Shown: positions 26,072 to 39,650, counted from the stretch's first letter. The stretch is 64,000 nucleotides of DNA from Eledone cirrhosa (GCA_964016885.1 OZ024740.1:201252001-201316000); one strand, 5' to 3'. The notes: generated from the letters alone by a model not told the origin. Translations and numbers: made by a program.

Positions 26072-27859
26072 ACCAGGGCAGACATAGCAATCTCAAATTA
26101 AGGCTGCTTAATCTCAAAGGCAGATTTCCCTCTTCGGTATTATCCACGGCCATTACATACAAGTCGCCAGTGAGCAGATTTCTGATTAGCAGCTTATATT
26201 ATCTCATGCCTGTCACCTCGACCCCTTATTTATTGCCACTAAGCGGCAGGTAATGAAGTAAACCACTCTTGAAATGTTGACGCTGCTCCTACGTTCATTT
26301 TTGCCTTGTAATAAGTGCCCTGACTGAAATTTATGACTCGGGCTGACAAACTATTACAAATTTAGATAACTCCGAGTAGTTTTAATTCTCTATTCAAATA
26401 TAGCTTTGTTTCAACTTTATAATGTTACATAAACATATTTTAATGAGGTTACTTTGGGCTCATAAAATATAGTTCAGTCGTAATAAGGAGCCGCGAATGA
26501 GAATGTTTGAAAAGCCTTTTTCAAGTTTAAACTTTAGAACCGTCGCGTATGTGTTCCATGTGCCGCGAAATATGACATAACCGCCTGTGAGAATCGAAAC
26601 ATGTGTCTATAGTAGACGAGACAACTGCTTAAACCACTACATAAGGCAATCTAACATATTTTCTACTTAAAATATATTTAGTGTATGTAAATTGTTGAGC
26701 CTCCTGTCACATACTATGATAATCAACGGTACCTAAACACAGCCCAATATCACACAGAAAACTTCCATGTGGACTGCGGCGATACCCGAGTAAATTTAAT
26801 GTAACATGATATATTGGTTATGATGAACTTAAACTTCAATGATACATTTATACACGCCAAATATGACAGGAAAACATGTGATAGAGCCGTCTACGGAAAT
26901 CAAACAAGCCATCTGTTGTTGAGCGGTCAACTGCACAAAACACTTTACTAAGATGACGTGACAGCTTTCCATCATCAAATTTAGTGGTTAAATAGATCAA
27001 ACCCCAATTGCTGAGCCTTCTGTCATATCACGTGATATATGTCTTTAAGAATTGACTTTTACAGTACTAGTTTTGTTTCAATCACAGAATGAAACAAAAG
27101 CAGTTTTTTCTATGTTACCATTTATTTCTTTAACGGAGTAATAGTCAACTCTGAGTGTGTGCGCGCGCCCGTGTGTGTGTGTGTGTATGTGTGAGTGTGT
27201 GTTGTAACTCTAGTGTGGGCTAATATAGCAATGACATAGAAGATTTCCTCAAGAACTTTGTCGTTGCTACATTCATAATGTCGAAGAAAATGGAAATGAA
27301 GTATCGAAAAGTTTGGCAAAAATAATATGCTAATGAATATTAATTTCTTCCGAAATCAATTCCTGGTTGGATTTCCGTTTGATGTTTTTGTCGAACCAAT
27401 ATTTCAGATATTACTGCCTCTCCCAACACCCATGTCATTACATTACAATCATCGATTATTGATGATTTTGCCATTGATCTTATAAAATTGCCGTTGAGTC
27501 ATTTATTGATACTGGTCAAAAGAAAATGGCGACTGATTTCATTTCGATAGCATTGGTAGCTGTGGCAATAATTAACACAGGAATTAAATTAGTCTGCAAC
27601 AATAGTGAATAGAAAGATTACATTATACGAGTGGTTATTTGGTACAACCTTGTCGAATCTATATAAGAGAAATCAAAATTTTAAATATATAAAAAATAGA
27701 ACATATCCATAATAATCATTGCCTTTTATAATGTATCAGCGAAGACGTTAATTTATAATGGTTGATATGAGTTTTCACGTGGGCGGCGAGTCGCCGTAGA
27801 GTTACTCGTGACTAAGAATGTGTGTACCAAAATGTGATCTTTATACCTTCCTGAAATAG

Positions 27860-28075
27860 GGTAACTAAATACAGGGATTTGACTGACCATTTCCTTTTTG
27901 TGCCGGTTGCCATCGAGATTTTCAGTTTCCTCGATCCCCCGTTTGTTGTTTTCCTCCGCCATATCGGGAAGAGGGTATCTCGCCTGAGAAAGAATGGCTG
28001 ATACAGCGTGTATCGCTGGTTGATTTCCACAACAATGCTTTCACCATCTTGTTTGGAGGGCGCAATTGAAACGTA
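27860..28075 (+). mobile_element. Decayed CRE-like RLE retrotransposon 3' fragment
   Basis: Plus strand reads VTKYRDLTDHFLFVPVAIE...FLRHIGKR.../EWLIQRVSL...NAFTIL, which aligns with KYRSLSDRFAVVPLAVE...EWLFQLVSL...NAFSIL of ORF 42583-43992. Confidence 0.7.
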
Positions 28076-29549
28076 CCGCTGTAAAGTGTGCCCTCTTTTC
28101 TCTCATCCCCTTTTGTTTCTCCACCCACCTCGTTCTCTTTTCTTTTCCTGTTTATCAATCTAAGCAAATGAATGTGAATTTTTGACTCAATATAATATCC
28201 CTGAGGTAATGAAATATGATGGAATTATTCATTTCTCCACCAGTAAATATGTTTCAATCTTATAATTTCCTCTTTGCTATATCATTGTAATTTATTATCT
28301 GTTGATGAAGAGACAAATGTTATTGGAACATATCATTGAAACCCTATTTAACGAGACAGTGATAGAATCTCTTCGTGTTGGGAGCTTTGCTAGAAACACT
28401 ACTAATATCTCCCTCAAATAAAAACTACATCCATGAGACCTGAACTCCTGAGAGAATCTTAGGGTCACCATCGTGATATAAGGGCATTTAAACGTAGTGA
28501 AGCCCATCCCTCTCCAGGTTTGAACGCAGCCGATTTCTCCCAATGAATGAGATAGAAATAAAAAAGTGGAAAAACGATATGTGGAAGAATCTACCACTGT
28601 ACTGGGCTGGTTCTTTTTCAGATGGTGTAGTGTGATTTGATTTTAACGTATTCTGAAAGTCATTAGGACGTCAGATAGAACGTATTGCGGTATTCGTTCT
28701 GGTTCTCTGCATTTAAGGTCGATAAAACATGTACCAGTCAACTACTAGGGTCGTTTCTTCCTGTATATCTTTCTCACTTTCATTCTCTCACTCTCTACCC
28801 TTCTCTGAAAGAAATATAGTGTATTCAGACTCGGAGAAAATAGGGCTCCGCCAGGTTTTAAAGTGCCCTAGAAACGCCGTATTTCAGTACGTCTTCCCTA
28901 AGATTCCCTTATGAGTTAAGGGACCATGCATACATACATACCTACTTCTCACTATCTCTTGGGACAATCCGAGGCTATACTAAGCGACACTTACCCAAGG
29001 TACCGCATAGTGGGATAGAACCCGGTACTTTATGATTGCGAAATGAAGTTCTTATCAAATCGGCCATGCTGCGTTCACGCTCAATCCGATATATTACCAT
29101 GAGAGCTCGACATATGCTTACAAGCACTGCTGGTATATTTTTATCGATTACAACATATTTCTATATTCTACGATACAATAAGCTCTTTGTTGATCTTTGC
29201 CATAGAGTAATGTACAAAAGTCAGACGTTCTTATCAGCTTTCCTTCGAGATTTATTACCTTTGGTTGTTTAAAATAGAAGAACCTTGTTTGAATCTTTGG
29301 ATTGTGTTTCAGTAATTACTTCGATCTCATTCTGGAATTGACCTGTATTTATTCTCTCCCTCCCTCCCTTTCTCTCATTCTCTATCTATCAATCTATTTT
29401 CCCCCTCTCTCTCTCTCTCTCTCTGATTCTCGCTCTCTCTCTCTGCTTCTCTCTCTCTCTCTCTCTTTCTCTATATACACACACAGATCCCTACACACAT
29501 ATATATATATATATGTACACACACATACACATGCACACATCCACATACA

Positions 29550-29590
<41 letters not shown>

Positions 29591-29695
29591 GTATTATTTA
29601 CGGATGTGAGAAATAGTATTCAATACCGAAGTAAAGTTTAATCATATATTTAGAGTTAATATGGCTACGTAGTGAGCCTTGTTAGTCTGGAGTTT

Positions 29696-29778
<83 letters not shown>

Positions 29779-30037
29779 TGTATGTATATGTATATGTGTG
29801 TGTGTGCATGTGTGTGTGTGTGCGTTTATAATTATATATAGTGGTGACCGGCCAGGTCGTCAGCTGGCCTGATGGTAAGTAGGCTCCTCAGGGGCCCACG
29901 GTTTTACTTTAGTGGCCAATACAAAATCGTTGCTTTCAAAGAAAATATCAGATGTCCTAGAAAAAGAATAAAAAATTTAAGAAAAATACCAAATTCAACA
30001 ATTAAGCATATTAGGAACGTCTTGTACATGAGATTGA

Positions 30038-30086
<49 letters not shown>

Positions 30087-30252
30087 AAGAACGAAACCGG
30101 ATTTTCAGATTTTGAAGTGATGAGAATATACGTAATCATATAAGGATCAAGAAGATGGTTAAGCAAAGAAATGCTGTAAAGAAAAATAGGGTGAAAAACC
30201 TTAAATGAATTTGCCAACGACCGTTATGAAGAATTGAACCCCATATTTTCCA

Positions 30253-30287
<35 letters not shown>

Positions 30288-30291
<4 letters not shown>

Positions 30292-30401
30292 AAAAAAGTC
30301 AGGACCCCGACGGCTGAGCTCCGGCCGTTTCGACAGCTAGATCCGAACTAGCTGTCGAAACGGCCGGAGCTCAGCCGTAGGGGTTCTGACCTCTTTTCCT
30401 A
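30288..30401. repeat. Near-perfect hairpin (~53-bp arms, 7-nt loop) next to (TA)n
   Basis: ...cggctgagctccggccgtttcgacagctag ATCCGAA ctagctgtcgaaacggccggagctcagccg... Confidence 0.9.
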
Positions 30402-30580
30402 TTATCCATTCTACTGCCCTAAATATTGAAATATTGAGTACTCTGGTGCTTTATGGTCCACCTGCTTTCTTACCACACTTTCTCTGTTATATACCCTCTT
30501 CCTGCTATATCAAGCGTTAACCTAATATATCCCTTCCATATACTGTACCGATTGTGTTCTTATTTCTGTTTACCTTTTAC

Positions 30581-30667
<87 letters not shown>

Positions 30668-30668
<1 letters not shown>

Positions 30669-30980
30669 TGGTAAACGGAATAGAAAATGCTGACAAATTG
30701 TTCACAGTGAAAAATAGTTTAATTAGGAATAAATGAGAATTAGTAATAGTATTGGTTAGTATTCAGTTTTGGTTTTAAGTTTTACCGGTTGCGCATTTCT
30801 AAATGCTTTTCAAAAATAATTTTGAGATAGCGCGTCCGTGATGTTTGCTCAGATCGCAACCGGTAAAACTTAAAACCAAAACTGAATACTAACCAATACT
30901 ATTACTAATTCTCATTTATTCCTAATTAAACTATTTTTCACTGTGAACAATTTGTCAGCATTTTCTATTCCGTTTACCAA
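30668..30980. repeat. Foldback with 126-bp inverted arms and a 61-bp spacer, embedded in (TA)n
   Basis: 30668-30793 is the reverse complement of 30855-30980. Confidence 0.92.
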
Positions 30981-31047
<67 letters not shown>

Positions 31048-31257
31048 TTTACGTATCGAGAAAGAGAAAAAAAAAGGGGGGATAGGTGATACATATAGTT
31101 ATTTGCCAAGTAGCGTATGCCAAAGGTGCTCGATACTAGTGCCGCAGTATTAAATATTCGAAGTGTTAATATTTAGTGGGCTAGAGAGTTAGCAGAGCGT
31201 AAGCACGTGGGAAAGTAAGAAATCGGAGAATAGACCGTTAAAACATGTTTATTTAAA

Positions 31258-31302
31258 ATACCACCTACGTACGTTTCTCCCAGTTGGGCTTCTCAAGGGC
31301 AT
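31258..31302 (-). ncRNA. Candidate minimal hammerhead, U3/A8 core variant
   Basis: augccc UUGAGAA g ccc aacu ggg a GAAAC guac GUA ggugguau; palindromic stem III loop; imperfect stem I. Confidence 0.5.
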
Positions 31303-31564
31303 AAATAATCACAAGTGTTCCTTATATTGCTCGGAAAGAGTTTTGGGGGTTAAATCCACATCAAGGTTCATTGCTCGCAAAAATATCTTGTTTTGATTTT
31401 GCAGCAGGTCAAGGGAGGTAACACTGGTCGGTGTTAGGGCAGTCTTTCCCGGACAAATTTTTTTTTTTTTTTTTTTTGCCGCATCCGTTTGTCTGAGGCT
31501 GGGTCTGGTATGCAAGGATTGTTTCCCGGGTGTTATTTTGCAGCGCCTACCCGCCGGGGTGTTA

Positions 31565-31601
<37 letters not shown>

Positions 31602-31892
31602 TGAAACAAAATGAAAACGAAATTTCATTTCTCACTCTTAGTATGGCACTTACTTAAATGTAAGTATGCATGTATACGTACATACATATATGTATACAGA
31701 CGTACAGTAGCATGCACATATATATATATATATATATACATATATATATACATATGCATACAGGTACACATACATATATGCACGTATCAGTTTAGCGGCG
31801 CTTATTATAACGTCGCTTTGTTCGTTTGTAAACAAACTGAACAGCCTGAATTTATGCCATACGGTGTTAAGGCAACCATACGGTGTTAAGGC

Positions 31893-31996
31893 AACGGCCG
31901 GAGCTCATTCGTCGAGGTCCTGAATCTTTTCATATATATATATATATATATATATATGAAAAGATTCAGGACCTCGACGAATGAGCTCCGGCCGTT
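31893..31996. repeat. Perfect palindrome centred on (TA)n; same repeat family as 30288-30401
   Basis: aacggccggagctcattcgtcgaggtcctgaatcttttca (TA)n tgaaaagattcaggacctcgacgaatgagctccggccgtt. Confidence 0.9.
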
Positions 31997-32066
31997 TCAT
32001 TGAAACTGGGTTATGGTTCACCTGGTATTTTTTTACCACATCTTTTCTGATATATTTATATATATA

Positions 32067-33715
<1,649 letters not shown>

Positions 33716-33734
33716 TATATATATATATATATAT

Positions 33735-34389
33735 ATGAAAGACGTAAATAAGAAAGTTATGAAAATTGACTTACTTACTAAAATTTCACTCCAACTAATT
33801 AGTTTCTGTAAGGGGATAAATACTGTTATGTAATAACTGTAGAGAAGCCTTACGTCATCAGGGAGTCTATTCTCAGCTAAGTTACCAGGCAATGCGGGGA
33901 CACTGGAAACTTATATAACAATAATTCAGTGGATGGAAAAAAGCGAAAAAAGCGAGCGGGGCTAGATTCCAAGCCACTGAAAAATTCACTGCCTTCTTGG
34001 TCAAGTGGCAATTTCAAAAGAATTAATCACGTGACACTGAGGTTAACCAGCTTGGAGTGGGGGTGCTATTAAGACAGAGCCTAGCTACTACTATCGGTCA
34101 CAGTAGTAATTTGGCAAATTTTGCTCAACAAATAATTTGGAGATGATTATAAAGAATTAATATATCTACCGACATATGTATACAGATGCATACCTATGCT
34201 AGCAGATATATATGTTTTGTCTTAGTAACTTTGTGGTTCTATGCAGGGGAATGCAAAACAATTATATGAAAGACGTAAATAAGAAAGTTATGAAAATTGA
34301 CTTACTTACTAAAATTTCACTCCAACTAATTAGTTTCTGTAAGGGGATAAATACCGTTATGTAATAACTGTAGAGAAGCCTTACGTCAT
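33735..34389 (-). mobile_element. Penelope-type pLTR-like unit with a ~125-bp terminal direct repeat, flanked by (TA)n
   Basis: 33735-33859 recurs at 34266-34389; contains a hammerhead motif; no coding similarity seen. Confidence 0.7.
33788..33866 (-). ncRNA. Type I hammerhead ribozyme motif
   Basis: acucc CUGAUGA c guaagg...ccuuac a GAAAC uaauua GUU ggagu; stem I 5 bp, stem II 6 bp, palindromic stem III. Confidence 0.75.
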
Positions 34390-34428
34390 ATATATATATA
34401 GAGAAGTGGTTACACAACAGTGAGTTCA

Positions 34429-34478
34429 CCATACCGAGAACAATTGTTTCCCCTTAGCGGATCCTCAGCTCGTAATGG
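34429..34478 (-). ncRNA. Minimal type I hammerhead motif (inverted pLTR copy, stem II intact)
   Basis: ccauua cgag CUGAGGA ucc gcuaa ggg GAAAC aauu GUU cucg guaugg. Confidence 0.75.
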
Positions 34479-36100
34479 GCATGGTTATACGGAACAGGAA
34501 GGACAACCGTACGAACGCGCATGCGCAGAAACCCGTCACTTCACCCGTCACTTCACTAAAATGCGTGCGAGAGGTGTAAGGGAGATAACTGCGAAAGTCC
34601 GAAAAGTTTTTAGTTGATAAGAAAAAATATTGATGTTGTTACAATAATTCATTCAATCCGGAGCCTTGTAGTTATGCAATAGGTGTTTCGAGACGTGTGG
34701 ACAACGTGTGAAAAATTCATTCCTCGTATTTAGGCAATCACTATTGCATAATCTCTTTAGAATATTTATTCGTTCGTCAATACACAGTCCACACGACGGA
34801 TTTCCCCTTGCGTATGGCTTGGATTTAGTGATGGCTTTCCATTGAATGGAGTAGTCTATACTCGAGTCCTTGAGGGCCCATACGTGGCTCGCGAGTTTCG
34901 TGGATGAGCGTCTGTCCGGGTACCTAAAGGTCGACTGATGGTTCAGGAAACGTTCCTTAAATCGGCCCTCCGCCAAGCCCACATAGGATTTGACCTCCTG
35001 TGGTTGGTTTGGTCGGTTGGATGTGACCACAGCTTCATAAAATTACAGCTGATGTGTTGCATTTCTGACGTATGTGACTTGGTTGGCCTATTTATTTTAG
35101 ACATATTACGTGTTAGATTCCCGGACTTCCACACGGAATATACCGCGACGATAGACTGACCTTATCGACTCCGTAATTAAGTGGTTTAACTCCTGAAAAT
35201 CCCAAAAAGCGAAGTTCACACAGTTTGACATTGCCGATTTTTACCTGTCGATCTCAGAGACCCTGTTAACCAAAGCGTTGGACTTCGCTACCACTTACAC
35301 CACCGTCGAGGGTTTAGACAGGGAAATCATCACTCACTGCCGGAAAACCCTCCTCTTCAACGACGGAGTAGCCTGGGCAAAGAAGTCTACAACTTCAGAT
35401 CTATTCGACGTCTCCATGGGATCGTTTGACAGTGCTGACGTATGTGACTTGGTTGGCCTATTTATTTTAGACATATTACGTGTTAGATTCCCTGACTTCC
35501 ACACAGGAATATATAGCGACGATGGACTGACCTTATCGAGCTATAAAAGTGCTCACTTCCACCCGACCAAACCAACCACAGGAGGTCAAATCCTATGTGG
35601 GCATGGCGGAGGGCCGATTTAAGGAACGTTTCCTGAACCATCAGTCGACCTTTAGGTACCCGGACAGACGTTCATCCACGAAACTCGCGAGCCACGTATG
35701 GTCCCTCAAGGACTCAAGTATAGACTACTCCATTCAATGGAAAGCCATCACTAAATCCAAGCCATACGCAAGGGGAAATCCGTCGTGTGGACTGTGTATT
35801 GACGAACGAATAAATATTCTAAAGAGATTATGCAATAGTGATTGCCTAAATACGAGAAATGAATTTTTCACACGTTGTCCACACGTCTCGAAACACCTAT
35901 TGCATAACTACAAGGCTCCGGATTGAATGAATTATTGTAACAACATCAATATTTTTTCTTATCAACTAAAAACTTTTCGGACTTTCGCAGTTATCTCCCT
36001 TACACCTCTCGCACGCATTTTAGTGAAGTGACGGGTGAAGTGACGGGTTTCTGCGCATGCGCGTTCGTACGGTTGTCCTTCCTGTTCCGTACAACCATGC

Positions 36101-36150
36101 CCATTACGAGCTGAGGATCCGCTAACGTGAAACAATTGTTCTCGGTATGG
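36101..36150 (+). ncRNA. Minimal type I hammerhead motif (pLTR copy, stem II mutated)
   Basis: cgag CTGAGGA tccgctaacgt GAAAC aatt GTT ctcg. Confidence 0.6.
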
Positions 36151-36239
36151 TGAACTAACTGTTGTGTAACCCCTTCTACCTAACTCGTCCCATGGACTGA
36201 GTGCTCTACCACTACGAATATTACCCTCCAGTGTTCTAC

Positions 36240-36336
<97 letters not shown>

Positions 36337-36438
36337 CGTCGTTAGATATCGGGTTCGGTTACTCTACCAATTATTAAAGACTAAAATTTACTTTTATTTA
36401 TTTTAATTATTTTCAGTTTTATCTGTAAAATAACTAAT

Positions 36439-36518
<80 letters not shown>

Positions 36519-36739
36519 TATATATATATTTCTCTCTATCTCTCTCTTTCTCTCTCTATATATATAATCCTGGCTTCTGGAACCTGGGATGGAAAATGTA
36601 GACAACTACTGATATATATACCATTTAAGCCTCCCACGTCATCTTCTCAGTGTAAGTGTTTCTTTCGTCTTATCATTAAAAACCATTTTATTCAACTGTT
36701 GAGACGTTTGAGTAAAAATATATCAAACTGTTAAACAAG

Positions 36740-36820
36740 TGTATGCATGTATGTATGTATGTATGGATGGATGGATGTATGTATATGTGTATATGTGTAG
36801 CTACGTATATATGTATGTAC

Positions 36821-36851
<31 letters not shown>

Positions 36852-37450
36852 TGTATGTATGTATGTATGTATGTATGAAGCTATGTATGTATGCATGTAC
36901 GTAGCTATGTATATATGTATGGATGGATGCATGTATATATGTATGTATAAATGTATGGATGTATGGATATATGTGTGGATGTATCTATGGATGGATGCAT
37001 GTATGTATGTATGTATATATGTATGTGTATGTGCATGTATGTGTGTATGTAAGTGTGCATGAATGTATATATGTATGTATATATGTATGTATGTATATAT
37101 GTATGTGTGAATGTTTGTATATATGTATGTATATATGTATGTGTGCATGTATGTATGGATGGATGTATATATGTCTGTATATATGTCTGATATATATCTG
37201 TAGACGTATGTTAGGTGTATATATATATATATATATATGGATGTTTGTATGTATGGATGAATGTATACATGTTTGTATGTATGTATATATGTTTGCGTAT
37301 GTATTTGTCATGTGTAAGCAAACATATATGAGTGTGTGCGTGTGTGTGCGTGCGTGCATGCTTGTGTGCGTATGTGTGAGTGTGTGCGTGTGTGCGCGCG
37401 CGTTTGTGTGTGTACACATCTATGTTTGTATATATGTATATGTGTGCTAT
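36740..37450. repeat. Degenerate (TATG)n/(TG)n microsatellite field
   Basis: Directly visible. Confidence 0.9.
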
Positions 37451-37693
37451 TATTGAGTGGTTTGATGTCTCACTCTTGTTTATTATCTCAAAGACCATTT
37501 AGATTTTATCTCAGAATGATTGGAAAGGAAATCTATTCTCTACACCAATCATCTTAATTGGTACAAAATGGTCTCCGGCCCAGGAGGTAAATGTATGCTA
37601 CACTTTACCACTTATAATGATCACATCCAGTATCTTATGTATATAAGATGAAAAAATGTGTATGGGTGTGCGTGTATAAATATATATATATAT

Positions 37694-37813
<120 letters not shown>

Positions 37814-37826
37814 GAAAAAGTTTGTC

Positions 37827-37892
37827 CTCATCAGTGGCCATCCAACCGTCGTAGGCATTTCGTCGCATTAAAGGCCATATACCTCAGGTTGG
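37827..37892 (-). ncRNA. Candidate non-circularly permuted hammerhead (copy B)
   Basis: ccaacc ug agguaU A uggccuu uaaugcga c GAA Augccu acgac gguugg auggcca CUGAUGA g. Confidence 0.68.
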
Positions 37893-38436
37893 TGCGAGCA
37901 ACGGCTAAAAAAAGTCGTTGGGACACGTAAATAAGGGGGACGCTAGGGTAAACAAACAAAATGGTTTAAGCAACAGAAAGTGATGAGAAGAAAGAAACAA
38001 GTCCCAGATTTCTATGAATATAAATTCGGTGGAATCGTGAACGAGAGAATAAAGACCATCAAACCTGGTTGAAATGTGAGCAAGGAAGGAATTTCGCACA
38101 GGTCTAACGGGAGGAGGAAGGGGTCTGGTCTGCGAATTCGGTAAACATAAGTTCTGTGAAGTCGCAGACGAGAGAGAGAGAAAAAAAATTCATACCGGCT
38201 TGGCCAAGTGCCCGCGAGAAAAGGATTACGGACAGGTCAAACGGGAAGAAAGGGGAGGAGGAGAGGTAGTGAGTGAAAGGCGAGAAAGAGGCTAACAGAG
38301 AGAGAGAGACTGCTAGAAGGGGTAAAGACACAAAGAACGAAACAGACTGGTGGCAGCGGAGGAAAAAATATATGTGTAAATATGATAATAATGGAGCTGC
38401 GGCGCTGCAAATGGGTTACATATGAAAAAGTTTGTC

Positions 38437-38502
38437 CTCATCAGTGGCCTTCCAACCGTCGTAGGCATTTCGTCGCATTAAAGGCCATATACCTCAGGTT
38501 GG
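38437..38502 (-). ncRNA. Candidate non-circularly permuted hammerhead (copy C)
   Basis: As copy B but with a perfect 7-bp stem I uggccuu/aaggcca; G10.1-C11.1. Confidence 0.7.
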
Positions 38503-38591
38503 TGCGAGCAACGGCTAAAAAAAGTCGTTGGGACACGTAAATAAGGGGGACGCTAGGGTAAACAAACAAAATGGTTTAAGCAACAGAAAGT

Positions 38592-38676
38592 TGAAGACGT
38601 GGACGACATCAAAAAGGCCGTGACGACGGAACAGCGGAGGATCCCGGAAGTCCTGTAACTTTTCTGACACACCTCG
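38592..38676 (+). mobile_element. Tc1/mariner remnant (transposase C-terminal scrap + right TIR)
   Basis: EDVDDIKKAVTTEQRRIPE resembles mariner transposase C-termini; end reads TA|cgaggtgtgtcagaaaagttacagga on the minus strand (mariner-type TIR at a TA). Confidence 0.55.
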
Positions 38677-38736
38677 TATATATATATATATATTTCTGGA
38701 TATATATATTTTTTTTTTTTCTGGATATATATATAT

Positions 38737-39650
38737 AATTTCTTTATTGGTGACAATGGCCGACATAAAAGGAACAATACAATACACAGGGATGGGCAGT
38801 GGGGAGTTACTATAAGATCGAGTAAAAATAAATTAACAAATAACAAAATACAAAAGAATTAGAACAATGAAAATTACCCAATGTAGTGGAAGACCACTCA
38901 GGAATGACTCAAGATCCCCATAAATCCTGAACCATCCAAGTCCCCAAGATCTCTCGAGGAGGGCACGCCACCCCTCTTCAAATCAACCAGCCAACAGGCG
39001 CATAGTCAAAGTAGGCCCATTCACACGGACCTTCCTCACAACATTCACCCACCTCTTAGCAAATGTACTGGAAGGCAGCACTTCCAACCTCCCCTTCCTT
39101 TCCAAGTTAAACTTGAACAAGTTGATGAGGGATTGGCTGGAAAGAAAAGTGTCTGTCTTCAGTCCTTTCAGCCTCGTCCATCACACGATCTGTTTCGTTA
39201 CAGCCACCAGGCAGAGGAAAACGGCCAACCCTCCTCGATCAAAAGAAGGCGGCGAGGTTATCTTCACGATGAACTCAGTCGATAGCCGGATCCGTTCCTC
39301 ATGCGATAACAGCTGTTCTACATAAATCCAAAAATCAGTAATGCGCGGACACTGGACGAGTGCGTGCAGAACGGTTAGGTCGCTCAGTGCGCATTTCAGA
39401 CAGGCCCGTCTGACCGCATTTCTGTGCTTGTAGAGTTTATTTCGAACCGGCAACTACCTCGGTAGTACTGCCAAGCGAGGGATTTCTGGAAGTTACCCAT
39501 AATCCCCGGTTCGAAAGTCCTCCGGAACGGACTAGTCAGTTTGATTTCGTCGACACCCAGAGCCACCCAAAGAGCGTCATCGCACTTACTCACCACTAAT
39601 CCTCCATAGAACTCTAGTCTAGAATTGCCACTGATCTCATTGCCCTGCTG
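38737..39650 (-). mobile_element. Decayed 3' fragment of a Tx1-like LINE
   Basis: NFQKSLAWQYYRG, C.KC...VLHALVQCP; terminal tgtcaccaataaagaaa. Confidence 0.85.

Larger units (their letters stand above)
34401..36244 (+). mobile_element. Rearranged Penelope-like element with inverted 3' duplication (RT fragment, GIY-YIG, pLTR)
   Basis: 35170-35540 RT (FDIADFY.SI, MGSFD.ADVCDLVGL, GIYSDD/GIYRDD); 35549-35926 YVG..EGRFKERFLNH...C.LC..E...LNTRNE...CPH; 34401-35030 is an inverted near-identical copy of 35549-36178; (TA)n flanks. Confidence 0.9.

Noticed and set aside
27812-28167. Minus-strand ORFs that looked like a host exon (AG...GT bounded)
   Set aside because: The plus strand is a decayed CRE-like RLE C-terminus; the minus ORFs are its antisense shadow.
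29841-29901. ggccag/ctggcc hairpin followed by CTGATGG
   Set aside because: Core lacks A9 and no matching GAAA/UH strands were found.
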